51,620 nucleotides of DNA from Bdellovibrionota bacterium (lineage in GTDB: Bacteria > Bdellovibrionota_C > UBA2361 > JBIIDM01): positions 1 to 51,620 of the forward strand of contig JBIIDM010000004.1 in the NCBI GenBank assembly GCA_044238365.1, read 5' to 3'. Positions within the stretch are counted from its first letter, which is position 1. Each line of letters begins with the position of its first letter. The translations under genes and the position numbers were made by a program. Below, piece by piece: positions 1 through 10,667 of the stretch. The notes beneath the pieces are model-generated. The model made no database searches. It was not told the origin of the DNA and saw nothing but the letters and a program-made list of their open reading frames with translations.

Positions 1-202
1 ACATTAATGCAGCGCAAAACCTGAAAAAGTATCATACCGGAAGTTCTCCGGAAATTAACGCCTGAGGAGATTGCTCTATCGGGACAAAGAGCAATCTTTG
101 TTAGATATCAATCGCTGAATCAGGAAGTAAATTTAGTCAATGTAATAATTGTCTATATTTTGCGGAACGGTAGTGCAGTTAATTGGCGTATAGGAGGCAA
201 GT

Positions 203-532
203 GTGACAATCAAATTTAAGAAAACCAAGTTACTTTTATTCGGATGTGTTTCTGGTAAATGCCTAAAGGGGGGTGCGCTCCTATTTACTGGTATTCTGTG
301 CGTGGTGTCTTTTGGTGGTTGTGCTGTCTTTCAAGCAGGCGGAGACACTATTGAGGCTATAGGGGAAGGTGCTACTACTGCTTTCGTAGGCCTTGCATCC
401 GGAACGGGCCATGCAATTGCCGGAACTGGTAGGGCTATTAGTAGCGCGGCCGGAAGTACGTCGCAGTCTGTTGATGATTATGCGCAACTCGCTACAGAGC
501 CTAAAGAGGATCGTCGGCAGCCGGTATATTGA
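203..532 (+). CDS. Small putative lipoprotein (entericidin-like Gly/Ala-rich)
   Basis: AGGAGG RBS at 192-197 before GTG; hydrophobic stretch ending in lipobox-like FGGC; repeated G..I...G.AI helix pattern. Confidence 0.5.
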   Translation: MTIKFKKTKLLLFGCVSGKCLKGGALLFTGILCVVSFGGCAVFQAGGDTIEAIGEGATTAFVGLASGTGHAIAGTGRAISSAAGSTSQSVDDYAQLATEPKEDRRQPVY

Positions 533-754
533 TATAAAGGGGAGAAGGAGGGCGTGTTTTGCTAGACATGTCCTCCTGCTCTTGGCTCAATGTTTACAAA
601 GAGTCAGAAGCTCAGGTTAATAGAGTAGTCTGGCCTGAGCCGGTGCTATTGAGGGCAGCAATTGGCGCATACTTTACCTCTGGAAAAGCGTATAGGTGGT
701 TTCAGAGATATCAAATATCGCAGGCCAAATCCAGTATTTTCACTGTGAGCGCTT

Positions 755-1411
755 TTAGTGGTGATTAATTTCTGCGTGGGTTGTTATCGCCGGGCCCCAT
801 GCAATTGTGGTTTCTGACGTATAATCAGAGAAGAATCTCTGAAGACGTCGGCGCAGCATTAACCGGGATCGATGAAGTCGGGATTTTACTGCTGGAACTG
901 TGATTCCGAGTATGCCGCTGACATCTTGATTTGAAAGCCCATCAACATCCCGCAACACAAATATTGCTCGGTACTCGGCGGGAAGTAAGTTAAGTGCATG
1001 TTCAAGTACATCCCGCAACTCGCGCCGGGTTCCTGGAAATGGGGGTTCGGACACTTCTACTACGCTCATTTCGCCACACGACTCAACAGCCTCCTCAAAA
1101 GAAACAGAGAGGTGGTGCTTACGTTTTCGCAATTTCATAAAGGCTGTGTTTGCGGTAATTCGGTACAACCAGCTTGAGAAGGCAGCTTTGCCCTCGAATT
1201 TATTAATTTTATTATACACTGTTATAAAAACGTCTTGTACTATCTCTTCAGTATCCTCCTCGTTTCTACTGATGCGAAAAGCGAGGTTGTGAACCTTCTG
1301 TGTGTATCTTCCCACTATCTCCGTAAACGCTACCTCATCTCCTTCTCTCATTCCCTGCACCAACTGAAGGTCAACTGAACGTTCGCTTAATTTGGCTTTG
1401 CTCGGTTTCAT
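755..1411 (-). CDS. ECF RNA polymerase sigma factor (RpoE-like)
   Basis: Region 2 (EEIVQDVF, FSSWLYRITAN) and region 4 (LPAEYRAIFVLRD...VKSRLHRSR); start placed at ATG 1411 with GGAG upstream (ORF extends to 1486). Confidence 0.93.
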   Translation of the reverse strand: MKPSKAKLSERSVDLQLVQGMREGDEVAFTEIVGRYTQKVHNLAFRISRNEEDTEEIVQDVFITVYNKINKFEGKAAFSSWLYRITANTAFMKLRKRKHHLSVSFEEAVESCGEMSVVEVSEPPFPGTRRELRDVLEHALNLLPAEYRAIFVLRDVDGLSNQDVSGILGITVPAVKSRLHRSRLMLRRRLQRFFSDYTSETTIAWGPAITTHAEINHH

Positions 1412-1720
1412 AGGCTTTTCTCCGTCGGATAGTTGGCGGTTAGCGGAAAGGTCGACATCAAACCCAATGCACCGACTATGACACACCCTAAAGCGGTGTT
1501 TGTCACTAATTTGTAAATTGTGTGTAATTATTTCGAAAAAAAAGGGGGTTAACCTATTTTCAATGCTGCAAAATTAACAGGTTTCCCCCTACTTGTACAC
1601 AAGTTTTCCACTGTACATCGGCTCCGGAAGGAATTAATCGCGAATCAGTTGACTTCGGCACTGTAATCGATTCAGATCCGGTCCTAGGATTGGAATAGAC
1701 CTTTGGGGAGTTTAGTTAAG

Positions 1721-2008
1721 ATGACCGATCGAATAGTAAATTGTTCAAAATATAAGCAATCGTTGCCAGGGTTACTCAAGCCCCCGTTCCGGGGCGACGT
1801 AGGACAACAAATCTATGATAACGTATCGGCAAAGGCTTGGTCGGAGTGGAAGGATATGGAGATAAAGGTGCTCAATGAGTACCGTCTTGTCTTGGCAGAT
1901 CCCGCACAGTATCAGCAGCTGATTGACACGATGTTGAGCTTTCTCTGTCTGGGAACCGGAGAGATTCCTGAAGTAGAGAATGCAGAACGCGGTGGGAGTA
2001 ATGGTTGA
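1721..2008 (+). CDS. yggX: Fe(II)-trafficking / oxidative damage protection protein
   Basis: R.V.C.K...PGL..PPF.G..GQ.IYDNVS..AW.EW...NEYRL motif; start at ATG 1721. Confidence 0.9.
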   Translation: MTDRIVNCSKYKQSLPGLLKPPFRGDVGQQIYDNVSAKAWSEWKDMEIKVLNEYRLVLADPAQYQQLIDTMLSFLCLGTGEIPEVENAERGGSNG

Positions 2009-2858
2009 CAAGTACATGTCCGGCAAAAGCTTCATAATTGTTGGCGGTGGAAATATGGGTGCCAGCATGGTGCGTGGTATACTCAGACAACAATTATTAA
2101 AACCCGAAGAGATGATCATAATAGAGCCAAGTGACGATCGTCGGAGGGGACTTGGCGACGCCCTAGGGATCAGGACCGGGGCTAATGTTGCGGAACTTTC
2201 GGGATGCTCTGTGGGGGCTGTGCTCTTTGCGATCAAGCCTCAGGTGGCGGAGAGTGTTTGCTCGGAGTACTGTTATTTTGTTGGAGCAGAGACGCTGGTT
2301 CTCTCCTGTATGGCCGGTATCACTGTGGAGAACCTTAGTAAGTGGCTTGGAAGCGTAGGTTCAAAGGGGGGAGTTCCGGGAAAAATATCGGTCGTTCGAT
2401 TTATGCCGAATCTTCCGGCACAGGTCGGTCGGGCAATGACGGTCTACTATGCGAATGAAGCGGTCACCGAAGAAGGGTTGTTATTTGTTCGAGATGTCCT
2501 GACCTCCTTTGGGGAGGCTGTTCAGGTACAGTATGAGCAACTTATTAATAGTGCCACGGCGGTAGCTGGCAGCGGTACCGGATACCTTGCGTATATCTTG
2601 GAGCATTATATTGGTGCGGCCCGTGATGTCGGTTTTACCGAGGCAGAGGCTACTCTTTTGGTGAGGGAATCTGTCGAGGGGGCCATGGCACTTTGGCACG
2701 AACGGAAAGTCGACCCGTCAGTGCTTCGGCAAGAGGTTACCTCGCCAGGCGGTACTACTGAAGCAGCGATAGCTGTCTTTGATGAACTTGGATTGGGGCG
2801 GGCGTTACGTCAAGGCGTGCGTCGAGCTTATGAACGGGCAGAGGAGTTAGCAAAATGA
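2001..2858 (+). CDS. proC: Pyrroline-5-carboxylate reductase
   Basis: GGGNMG Rossmann motif, AIKPQ, RFMPNLPA, VTSPGGTT; start uncertain (2001 overlaps yggX stop, or 2016). Confidence 0.95.
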   Translation: MVDKYMSGKSFIIVGGGNMGASMVRGILRQQLLKPEEMIIIEPSDDRRRGLGDALGIRTGANVAELSGCSVGAVLFAIKPQVAESVCSEYCYFVGAETLVLSCMAGITVENLSKWLGSVGSKGGVPGKISVVRFMPNLPAQVGRAMTVYYANEAVTEEGLLFVRDVLTSFGEAVQVQYEQLINSATAVAGSGTGYLAYILEHYIGAARDVGFTEAEATLLVRESVEGAMALWHERKVDPSVLRQEVTSPGGTTEAAIAVFDELGLGRALRQGVRRAYERAEELAK

Positions 2859-4390
2859 AACGAGCAGCACTACTAAGCGTTTCCGATAAAACGGACATAA
2901 GTCTTATCGGGCGTGTTTTACAGAACCACGGATTCACACTTCTTTCAACTTCAGGAACGCTTAATGCCTTGCGAAGTGCAGGCTTGGAAGTTATTTCGAT
3001 CGCTGAGTATACAGGGCAGCCTGAAATACTGGATGGTAGAGTCAAGACCTTGCATCCGAAAATCCATGCTGGATTGCTCGCTAGGAGAGATGATCCGGCC
3101 CATCTAGCGGAATTAGAAAAAAACGAAATCCTCCCGATAGATGTTGCAATTGTAAATCTTTATCCATTTTCGGAAACCCTTGCGCGAAAGGGCACTAACG
3201 CTCCCCTAGCTGAAATGGTAGAGATGATTGATATTGGTGGGCCGACGATGATTCGTGCTGCGGCAAAGAATGTTACAGGTGTTGCAGCAGTAATCGATCC
3301 GGCCGACTATTCTGCAGTAATTGAAGAATTAGCAAGACCCGACGGGATCTCAGCGCACCTGAGGCTTAAACTTGCTGAGAAGGTCTTTCGGGTCCTCTCA
3401 CACTACAATTGTGAGATTGCAACCTATTTAGGTGAACAGGAAGGAACCAGTACGTCCGCCGGACTGATATTGCGAAAGGAGGAAGACCTCAGATACGGTG
3501 AAAATCCGCACCAGAGTGGAGTGTTTTATCGTTTTGAGGGTGAGAAAATAGCTCCTTGGAAGCAACTTTCGGGAAAGACACTGTCCTATAACAACTACCT
3601 CGATCTTGATGGCAGTTTGCGTCTGGCGCGTTCGTTTGACAAGTCGCAGGTTGTTGTTTCGCTCATTAAACATTGCAACCCTTGTGGGGTCGCGATTGCG
3701 GCTAGCGTTGATGAGGCTTTGGAACGTGCCCAGGCCTGCGACCCTCGTAGCCACTTTGGTGGTATTGTCGCGTCGAACACAGAGATTCCCGTTAGTGCTG
3801 CCCAGAAGATGGTTGAAAGTTTTTATGAAATAATTGTTGCCCCCTCCTTTGAGCCGGCTGCGTTGGAGCTGCTTCAAACGAAGAAGCATTTAAGGGTTGT
3901 GCAATACGACCCAGAATACTTTCCAAAATATGAATATCGCTCTGTTGAAGGTGGGTTGTTAAAGCAGGAAGTGGATTCGGCTGAAACCACACTTGGAGTC
4001 GATCTGCTTGCAAGCTCTCCCGTACCGACACCCGGGCAATTGCGAGAACTGGAGTTCGCCTGGGCTTGTGTGCGTCATGTTCGCTCGAATGCCATTGTTA
4101 TTGTGAAAGATAATCAGTTGATTGGCGTGGGAGCAGGTCAGATGAGCCGTGTTGATGCTGCTGAGTTGGCAATTCGTCGCGCCCACTTTCATGGGCATGA
4201 TACAAAAGGGGCCGTAGCGGCATCCGACGCATTTTTCCCCTTTCCGGACGGTATAGAACTACTTGCGGATGCAGGCGTTGCGGCAATTGTTTCTCCTGGT
4301 GGAGCCAAACGCGATAAGGAAATCTGTGAGATTGCAACAAGGAAAGGGGTAGCGTTGCTATTCGCACTTTCACGACATTTTAGGCATTAA
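2855..4390 (+). CDS. purH: Bifunctional AICAR transformylase/IMP cyclohydrolase
   Basis: ALLSVSDKT, GRVKTLHP, IDIGGPTMIRAAAKN, LRYGENPHQ, ASDAFFPFPD, C-terminal RHFRH. Confidence 0.98.
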   Translation: MKRAALLSVSDKTDISLIGRVLQNHGFTLLSTSGTLNALRSAGLEVISIAEYTGQPEILDGRVKTLHPKIHAGLLARRDDPAHLAELEKNEILPIDVAIVNLYPFSETLARKGTNAPLAEMVEMIDIGGPTMIRAAAKNVTGVAAVIDPADYSAVIEELARPDGISAHLRLKLAEKVFRVLSHYNCEIATYLGEQEGTSTSAGLILRKEEDLRYGENPHQSGVFYRFEGEKIAPWKQLSGKTLSYNNYLDLDGSLRLARSFDKSQVVVSLIKHCNPCGVAIAASVDEALERAQACDPRSHFGGIVASNTEIPVSAAQKMVESFYEIIVAPSFEPAALELLQTKKHLRVVQYDPEYFPKYEYRSVEGGLLKQEVDSAETTLGVDLLASSPVPTPGQLRELEFAWACVRHVRSNAIVIVKDNQLIGVGAGQMSRVDAAELAIRRAHFHGHDTKGAVAASDAFFPFPDGIELLADAGVAAIVSPGGAKRDKEICEIATRKGVALLFALSRHFRH

Positions 4391-4394
4391 TACT

Positions 4395-5708
4395 ATGATA
4401 AATATTCTGGTACTGGGCTCTGGCGGACGAGAACACGCGTTGTGCGAGCATATCAGTTCGTCGCTGCTAGTGAACGATTTATATTGTCTTCCTGGCAACC
4501 CAGGAATTGAGACAATAGCGACTTGCCTTCCGGGCAATCCGATGGATAGTGTCGCTGTAGTGAAACGGGCCAAGGAGTACGGGATTGGCCTGGTCGTGGT
4601 AGGTCCTGAAGCGCCACTGAGCGTTGGGATTGGGGACGCTCTGGAGGCGGAAGGGTTTCCAGTGTTTGGACCGAAGAAGGCGGCTGCGCAGATTGAGTCT
4701 TCTAAGGCATATGCCAAGGAGATAATGGAGGCAGCGGGGGTTAAGACGGCTCGCTCAGTCACAGTGACGTCAAAGGAACAGGCTCTTGAGGTGCTTTCAT
4801 CATGGGGAAGCGATGGCTCAGTTCCTGTAGTTTTGAAGGCAGACGGGTTGGCTGAAGGGAAGGGGGTTTATGTGTGTGGGTCCGCGCAGGATCGCCTCGA
4901 TGCTGTAGAGTCCCTTTTTGCGTCGCCAGAGGGAGCGAAGGTTCTCATTGAGGAGTTTATCGAAGGGCACGAGGCATCGTTTATCGTATGTGTCGATGGA
5001 CTTGATGTAGTTCCGCTTGTTCCTGCGCATGATTATAAACGGATTGGCGAGGGGAATGTAGGACTCAATACAGGTGGGATGGGTACCGTATCACCAACCC
5101 CCTACTTGCCGGACGAGTTAACGGCTTCGATGGTTGAGACAGTGATTGCTCCGGTAGTCGCTGAAATGTCTCGAAGGGGAAACCCGTTTCGGGGGTTCCT
5201 TTACGCCGGATTGATGATCACCTCAAGTGGGGACGTGTTTGTATTAGAGTTTAATGCTCGGTGCGGGGATCCCGAGACCCAGGTAATTATGTCACGGTTG
5301 CGAAGCGATCTTGTGCCGACCCTTGCCGCTCTTTCTGGGGTGGAGGGTTATGACCGACGTGAGTTAAAGCCTTTGGTATGGGATGAAAGACCCTCATTGT
5401 GTGTAGTGCACGCATCGGCCGGATATCCGTTAACATCATCCAAAGGAGATGAGATTAGTGGATTGCAGCAGGCAAGTGCAGTTCCTAATGTACAGATTCT
5501 TCACGCCGCAACAGCTAGGAATGCCACAGGAGCGATTTGTACCAATGGCGGGCGCGTCTTGAACGTTGTTGGGATAGGAACGGAGTTAACAGACGCTCGT
5601 GAGGTAGCGTATAAGGCCTCCGGTTTTATTAAATTCCAGGGGCAGCAGTTTAGACGGGATATTGGTGCGTCGAACGCATCGCCGTTATCAATGAATGAGG
5701 AGAAGTGA
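4395..5708 (+). CDS. purD: Phosphoribosylamine-glycine ligase
   Basis: LGSGGREHAL, VVGPEAPL, KADGLAEGKGV, NTGGMG, EFNARCGDPETQ; follows purH. Confidence 0.98.
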   Translation: MINILVLGSGGREHALCEHISSSLLVNDLYCLPGNPGIETIATCLPGNPMDSVAVVKRAKEYGIGLVVVGPEAPLSVGIGDALEAEGFPVFGPKKAAAQIESSKAYAKEIMEAAGVKTARSVTVTSKEQALEVLSSWGSDGSVPVVLKADGLAEGKGVYVCGSAQDRLDAVESLFASPEGAKVLIEEFIEGHEASFIVCVDGLDVVPLVPAHDYKRIGEGNVGLNTGGMGTVSPTPYLPDELTASMVETVIAPVVAEMSRRGNPFRGFLYAGLMITSSGDVFVLEFNARCGDPETQVIMSRLRSDLVPTLAALSGVEGYDRRELKPLVWDERPSLCVVHASAGYPLTSSKGDEISGLQQASAVPNVQILHAATARNATGAICTNGGRVLNVVGIGTELTDAREVAYKASGFIKFQGQQFRRDIGASNASPLSMNEEK

Positions 5709-6229
5709 GGTCGGAGTATTATTTTAATCTAACGACAAGTAAACCTGGTTGTAGGCAACGCTTTCCTCTCCTTTTCAGATTGAACACCCTTTTGTATAGT
5801 GGGGTCCTTTTTTTCACGTTGGTAGGTTCAAGTCTACGGGCAGACATTCGAGAAATTCGTCTCTTTGATGGGTCAGGTCTTTTTCGGGCCCAAGGGGTGA
5901 TTAATGAACCCGTTGTATCACCCTCTGTAAAAGGTACCCTTGAAGCATCAGCAGAGAATAACCCAAATGAAATGGAACTAGCTTCTCGGCCACTGATTGC
6001 TGGCGCTACTGTCGAGGTACTTCTGGATAAGATGCCCGCGGATGCTTTACGACTTTCGCCTCTGGATTCAATAAGCGATCCCCTGAGCCCACATATGGTG
6101 GGAGAACGGGGAGGAAAGCTGATCTTCCATTTTTACGGTGTTCAGAACGGGTCATGGGAGGTCAATGTCCCGAGTGAGGCGTTGCTTGAATTTCGGGTTT
6201 TAATGGGTTCTCAAGGGCACCTGCGCTAG
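5705..6229 (+). CDS. Hypothetical exported protein
   Basis: GTGA overlap with purD stop; hydrophobic signal-like segment ending SLRA; no family recognised. Confidence 0.55.
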   Translation: MRSEYYFNLTTSKPGCRQRFPLLFRLNTLLYSGVLFFTLVGSSLRADIREIRLFDGSGLFRAQGVINEPVVSPSVKGTLEASAENNPNEMELASRPLIAGATVEVLLDKMPADALRLSPLDSISDPLSPHMVGERGGKLIFHFYGVQNGSWEVNVPSEALLEFRVLMGSQGHLR

Positions 6230-6424
6230 CGCTTTTATTTGGTAACTGGTCACACACTAAAGGGAAAAAAATCAACGCATTATCGTTTAAACTGCGATTT
6301 GATGTGGATTTTTTAAACGTAACTACGATTTGTGTGGTATCATTGGTGCACTTTTTTCGTTGCGACATGCGTTAGTGAAAATTTAGTCATACCGAAAGAG
6401 AAACGCTTCTTATGGGCCTTCTGA

Positions 6425-8314
6425 TTATGTTGGTGACACTGATCCCGGATGTGGCACATTGTCATACATTTCCCAGATCAGATCTTGGTAGCGATCACGT
6501 ATTTCATGCCGTTTAATTTTGTGAGTCGGAGTCAAAAGCCCGTTTTCAACACTGAATTCTTCGAAGATGATCCTTGCCCGTCTTATTCGTTCGAATGGAG
6601 CCAGCTGTTCATTTATATGTTCGATTTTTTTCCAGAGTTCGGCGTGATGCTGGGCATTATTATCCTTTTTGACAGAGTCAGGATCGCTCATGGTGAGTAG
6701 GGCAACGCAATAGGGACGGTCATTACCAAAGAGTACGGCGTGGGAAATTCCGGGTAGGTTCTCAAGTAATTTCTCTACCTTTTGAGGGGCAATTTTTTTT
6801 CCCCCTGCTGAGACGATCACCTCTTTTTTTCTTCCCGTAATAGTCAGAAACCCATCTTCATCAACAGAGCCCAGGTCTCCGGTGTGGAACCATCCATCAC
6901 TGTCCCATGAAGCTTTGGTTTCCTCTGGTTTTTCCCAATATCCACTGGCAACATTTGGTCCTCGAAAACAAATTTCATGTTCGGTCGTAAGCTTCATCTC
7001 AATGCCATCGAAGACTGGACCCACGGTTCCTATGCGATTGTCATTGTGACGGTTAACATTTGTGGCTACGCATGTTTCCGTTAATCCATAACCTTGCAAA
7101 ATGATTATATCAAGCGCGGCAAAAAATTCCGTAACATCGGGGCTTAGTTTGGCTCCACCTGAAATGGCGTGTATTAATTTCGTTCCGAAAATAGTATCTC
7201 TCAATTTTGTTCTAATGGAATCAGTAATGTGATATATCGCCCATGTTATTGGGGAGATTGAATTTTTTGTCTTGGTTGCGCGATACATCTTTTGGGCCGC
7301 ATTAAGCGTTCGTCGAAGGACCCACCCCTGTACCGTTTTTTCCGTTGCCTTCCGTTCAATATTCATCTTAATTTTTTCAAATAATCTCGGAATGGATGGA
7401 ATATACTCGCAATTAGCTGCCCGAAGATCCTGTGAAACGGATACTAGGTCGAGCGTACCACTGACAGGGTCGGTTATCGCAGGCATCTTCAGCGTAGTAT
7501 CGGTAAACAGGCCAAGGTATCCAACGAGACGAGCAAATGAATGGGCAAGGGGGAGGTACAGGAAGAGCGAACCAGAGGGTCCGAATACATCGGCTTGTAC
7601 TACTTGTTCCAGATTTGCCAGGTGGTTTCCGTGAGTTTGAATAACGCCTTTTGGTAGTCCGGTACTTCCTGAGGTGTATACCAGTGAGGCAAACGAATTT
7701 CTTGTCGCGCTACATTGAAATGTTGTGTTCTCGCCGACTGGCCCGGCAACAATATCCGAAAGACTTGTTACTAGCGGATGGGCGGTGCAAGGCTGAATGC
7801 AAATAATATGGGTTAGGGGGTGCGGTGGGTACCAGTTTTCATCGGAGCCCTGAAAGCCTTCATGAATTTTCAGGAACTGATCGACTAACGTTTGGTTCTC
7901 GACGATGGCAACGGTTACGTTTGCGTCCTTCATTATGTAAGCAATGTCCTGTGTCGGGAGCGTCGTGTAGATGGAAACCGTAGCTGCTCCTAGGGAGAGT
8001 ACTGCCAAATCACTAATCAGCCACTCCGGACACGTATTTGAGCATATTGAACAGCGTGATAACTCCCCGATGCCTTGTAACTGCAGAAAGCTTCGAAGTT
8101 TGGCGATTTGAAACGAAAGCTCTTGGTAGGTAAGTGTACTCCACGATCGCGGCGATGAGCCGATCAAGGCCTGTTCGATTACTATTCGGGTTGGGTCGGC
8201 CGCGGCGTTCGCCTCGTAAAGATGATAGAGGCTCGGGCTTACGCGAATAAGGTCAATCGGTTCAATCATTTCGGACCATTTTAAGCTTGTAGTCACGCTT
8301 TGGCTCATGGGCAT
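6425..8314 (-). CDS. Long-chain fatty acid-CoA ligase (AMP-binding, FadD15/FAA1-like)
   Basis: YTSGSTGLPKG AMP-binding motif, QGYGLTET, GWFHTGDLG, GLLTPTHKIKR. Confidence 0.95.
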   Translation of the reverse strand: MPMSQSVTTSLKWSEMIEPIDLIRVSPSLYHLYEANAAADPTRIVIEQALIGSSPRSWSTLTYQELSFQIAKLRSFLQLQGIGELSRCSICSNTCPEWLISDLAVLSLGAATVSIYTTLPTQDIAYIMKDANVTVAIVENQTLVDQFLKIHEGFQGSDENWYPPHPLTHIICIQPCTAHPLVTSLSDIVAGPVGENTTFQCSATRNSFASLVYTSGSTGLPKGVIQTHGNHLANLEQVVQADVFGPSGSLFLYLPLAHSFARLVGYLGLFTDTTLKMPAITDPVSGTLDLVSVSQDLRAANCEYIPSIPRLFEKIKMNIERKATEKTVQGWVLRRTLNAAQKMYRATKTKNSISPITWAIYHITDSIRTKLRDTIFGTKLIHAISGGAKLSPDVTEFFAALDIIILQGYGLTETCVATNVNRHNDNRIGTVGPVFDGIEMKLTTEHEICFRGPNVASGYWEKPEETKASWDSDGWFHTGDLGSVDEDGFLTITGRKKEVIVSAGGKKIAPQKVEKLLENLPGISHAVLFGNDRPYCVALLTMSDPDSVKKDNNAQHHAELWKKIEHINEQLAPFERIRRARIIFEEFSVENGLLTPTHKIKRHEIRDRYQDLIWEMYDNVPHPGSVSPT

Positions 8315-8476
8315 TGTACGATATACTATATATCGACTAACCTAGCTGTAGGCATAAGAACAAAGGTAATTCGCTTATGATACATTAGTTGTAGTTAGTT
8401 GCTCCTATCTGATTTATTTTTGATAGATTTGTCAGTAAAGGCCCCCCTAAGAATTGGATTTTGTGAGAAAATATTA

Positions 8477-8535
8477 ACCTGAGTTCAACGTAAGAACTGC
8501 GGTAACTTACTGAAATTACTTCATCCACTTCGTTG
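8477..8535 (+). mobile_element. Family A MITE, truncated left half
   Basis: ACCTGAGTTCAACGTAAGAACTGCGGTAAC...CACTTCGTTG matches the first ~60 nt of the copies at 10668 and 13260; a degenerate opposite-end fragment (TAAGAACAAAGGTAA) lies at 8355-8369. Confidence 0.85.
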
Positions 8536-8935
8536 ATTTTTTCCCTTTGGGGTGTGATCGGTTCCATGAGCTTTGAGATATGCCTAACGTATTATTGTCA
8601 GATACTGTGACGATGGTATCTGATACACATCGCTAGAATTCGTGAAATATTAATAACGTATATAGGCTTGGCCCCAATATGCAGGATAAATGGGCCTATG
8701 CAGTTCCTTTGGTGCGTTCCGTGAGAAAGTACGCTACAACAGGATAACGAGCTGTTGTTTACATTAATGGGATTTGGGGATAGACGTTGGCGTTGATGAG
8801 AGGCGTGTTGTACTCGCCCTGCTGATGAATTGTGGTACTTGATCCTGCCCGAGCAGAGGGATATCAGTCGTGTTCTGGGATGTCTCAGGGAACTATCTGC
8901 TTGGTCATCCTTCAGATCTTAAAAGGGCATGATTT

Positions 8936-10660
8936 TTGGATATTGTACAAAATCCGCCTTGGGCGGAATTAACCCGACTACAGACGGCTAACTATCAAAG
9001 GATCTCGGATATGAATAGCAGGCAGTCGGCGGATAACGTCACAGTTTCAGACGCCGAATCATTTCGTCAAAGTTCGGATAGTGCTGGGGGCTGGACCGAG
9101 CCGCACAAGCTCACGGATCGACTCGGGGCATTAGATTTTTTCCAGCGTGAGTGCCAGCTTTATGAGGCACTTCTCGCGTATAGCAGCGAGCTCACCGATT
9201 TAAGCCTTCCCATTTCGAGATCATTTGTTGAACGTGTCGAGCGTTTCCGGGAGGCACTTTCCTTTATCAAGGTGTTTGGGAACGAACTGCGCATAACGAT
9301 AGCGGGTGAGTCTCGGGTCGGAAAGAGTACATTAACACGTGAACTTGACAGGTTCTTTAAGCAGTGGTCTACAAAACGCAGAGATCAGGAAATTCGGAGT
9401 AAAGCCCGGCTACAGGAGGATAATGAAGAAGCCCCCATTGGAAAGGTCGGTCCCAGCATGGTTTTTGTTGAGGCCTCGCCCGCCAATACGGTCGGTTCTG
9501 AGATGGATAACATCGAATTAATCGAGCCTCATCATTTAGTCAGCGATCTGCACATAGTGGTGTTGTCGGTTGAGGGACTTTTAACGGGCACCGAGTTAAG
9601 TCACATAGATTCATTACTTCATGATTGGGGGCGGAACGTTGTTGTCCTAATAAATAAAATCGATCTCGAATCAAGCCGAACTATTAAGCTTATTGAGGAG
9701 CGAATTAATAAGGCTCTACAATCGGTTATTGATCGCGGTCGGGGACGTCCGTTCTCGGGGGCCGTGTTGGGCGTTTATTTTGTATCTGACCAGTTTCCCG
9801 AGACGTTGAGTGAGTTCTCACGGACACTGCTGGGGATGTTTGGTACTTCAATAGTGCCACATATAAAAAGGCGTTCGCTTCATCGTCTGACTGGTCTCCT
9901 TCGAGAGATATTCAGCAACGAAATCGAGCGAATAAAATTTAGAATTAGGTGTGAAGGTGTTGGTACTAACCAGGAGATTGTTGAAATCAAGGATGAGGCT
10001 GAGCAGGTTCGTAGTGCTGCAAAAGTAAGTGTCGCTGATCTCAGTCTATTCGGGAGATGCGTGGCTGGGGCTCGCGATCGCATCGACTCCATGGTGTGGT
10101 GGAGGTTCGGATTCCATGGTCGGGTTGTTGCTGATTTCGTCAGGCTAATTGAGGAACTTGAAGCTGATATTGTTGCTCGATTTGATAATTCGGTGAATCT
10201 GATAGCCAGCAAGAATCATGTGTATGTGGTCAGCCCCGTGGGTTATCTGGGAGAGAGTGTGAAAGAACTTGCTTCGATTTTTCAAGAGTCGAAGGAATCC
10301 GTCGAAAAGGCTGTTAAGGGCGCGTTTCGTCGCCAGTTCGTTACAAACTGTATTTTCTTGCTAATTTCAGTCTATACCGCCTATGTTTTAGTGAACGAAA
10401 ATTATGGACAGGCGATAGTTTTATTATTGGCTGCGTGGTTAAATCGGGCGTTTGACCAATCACGTCCGCGGTTGTTATCGAGTATTTCGCGAATAATTGG
10501 TGAAGCACAGAATGCATACATCGATATTGTAAATGATCTTATATATCGAACGTACGATGAAGGTGTCAGTGTGGCGTTGGCGGATAAGAATCGTCAATTA
10601 CTTCGTCAGCAGAATCTGCAGGACAAGCTCAGGCGGGTGGCGATGATGGTACTTGAATAA
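8936..10660 (+). CDS. Divergent dynamin-like P-loop GTPase-domain membrane protein
   Basis: G1 GESRVGKS, G4 NKID, helical stalk, two C-terminal hydrophobic segments; G3 not canonical; start may be ATG 9011. Confidence 0.6.
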   Translation: MDIVQNPPWAELTRLQTANYQRISDMNSRQSADNVTVSDAESFRQSSDSAGGWTEPHKLTDRLGALDFFQRECQLYEALLAYSSELTDLSLPISRSFVERVERFREALSFIKVFGNELRITIAGESRVGKSTLTRELDRFFKQWSTKRRDQEIRSKARLQEDNEEAPIGKVGPSMVFVEASPANTVGSEMDNIELIEPHHLVSDLHIVVLSVEGLLTGTELSHIDSLLHDWGRNVVVLINKIDLESSRTIKLIEERINKALQSVIDRGRGRPFSGAVLGVYFVSDQFPETLSEFSRTLLGMFGTSIVPHIKRRSLHRLTGLLREIFSNEIERIKFRIRCEGVGTNQEIVEIKDEAEQVRSAAKVSVADLSLFGRCVAGARDRIDSMVWWRFGFHGRVVADFVRLIEELEADIVARFDNSVNLIASKNHVYVVSPVGYLGESVKELASIFQESKESVEKAVKGAFRRQFVTNCIFLLISVYTAYVLVNENYGQAIVLLLAAWLNRAFDQSRPRLLSSISRIIGEAQNAYIDIVNDLIYRTYDEGVSVALADKNRQLLRQQNLQDKLRRVAMMVLE

Positions 10661-10667
10661 GGTTACA

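Noticed and set aside
1623-1633. TCCGGAAGGAA resembling the SRP RNA domain IV loop
   Set aside because: The flanking CAGG and GCAGC conserved bases and the long stem are absent.
8385-8567. Short ORFs sharing SYRSSYVELR (also 29382-29600 and 29433-29618 region)
   Set aside because: They are translations of the family A repeat, not a protein family.
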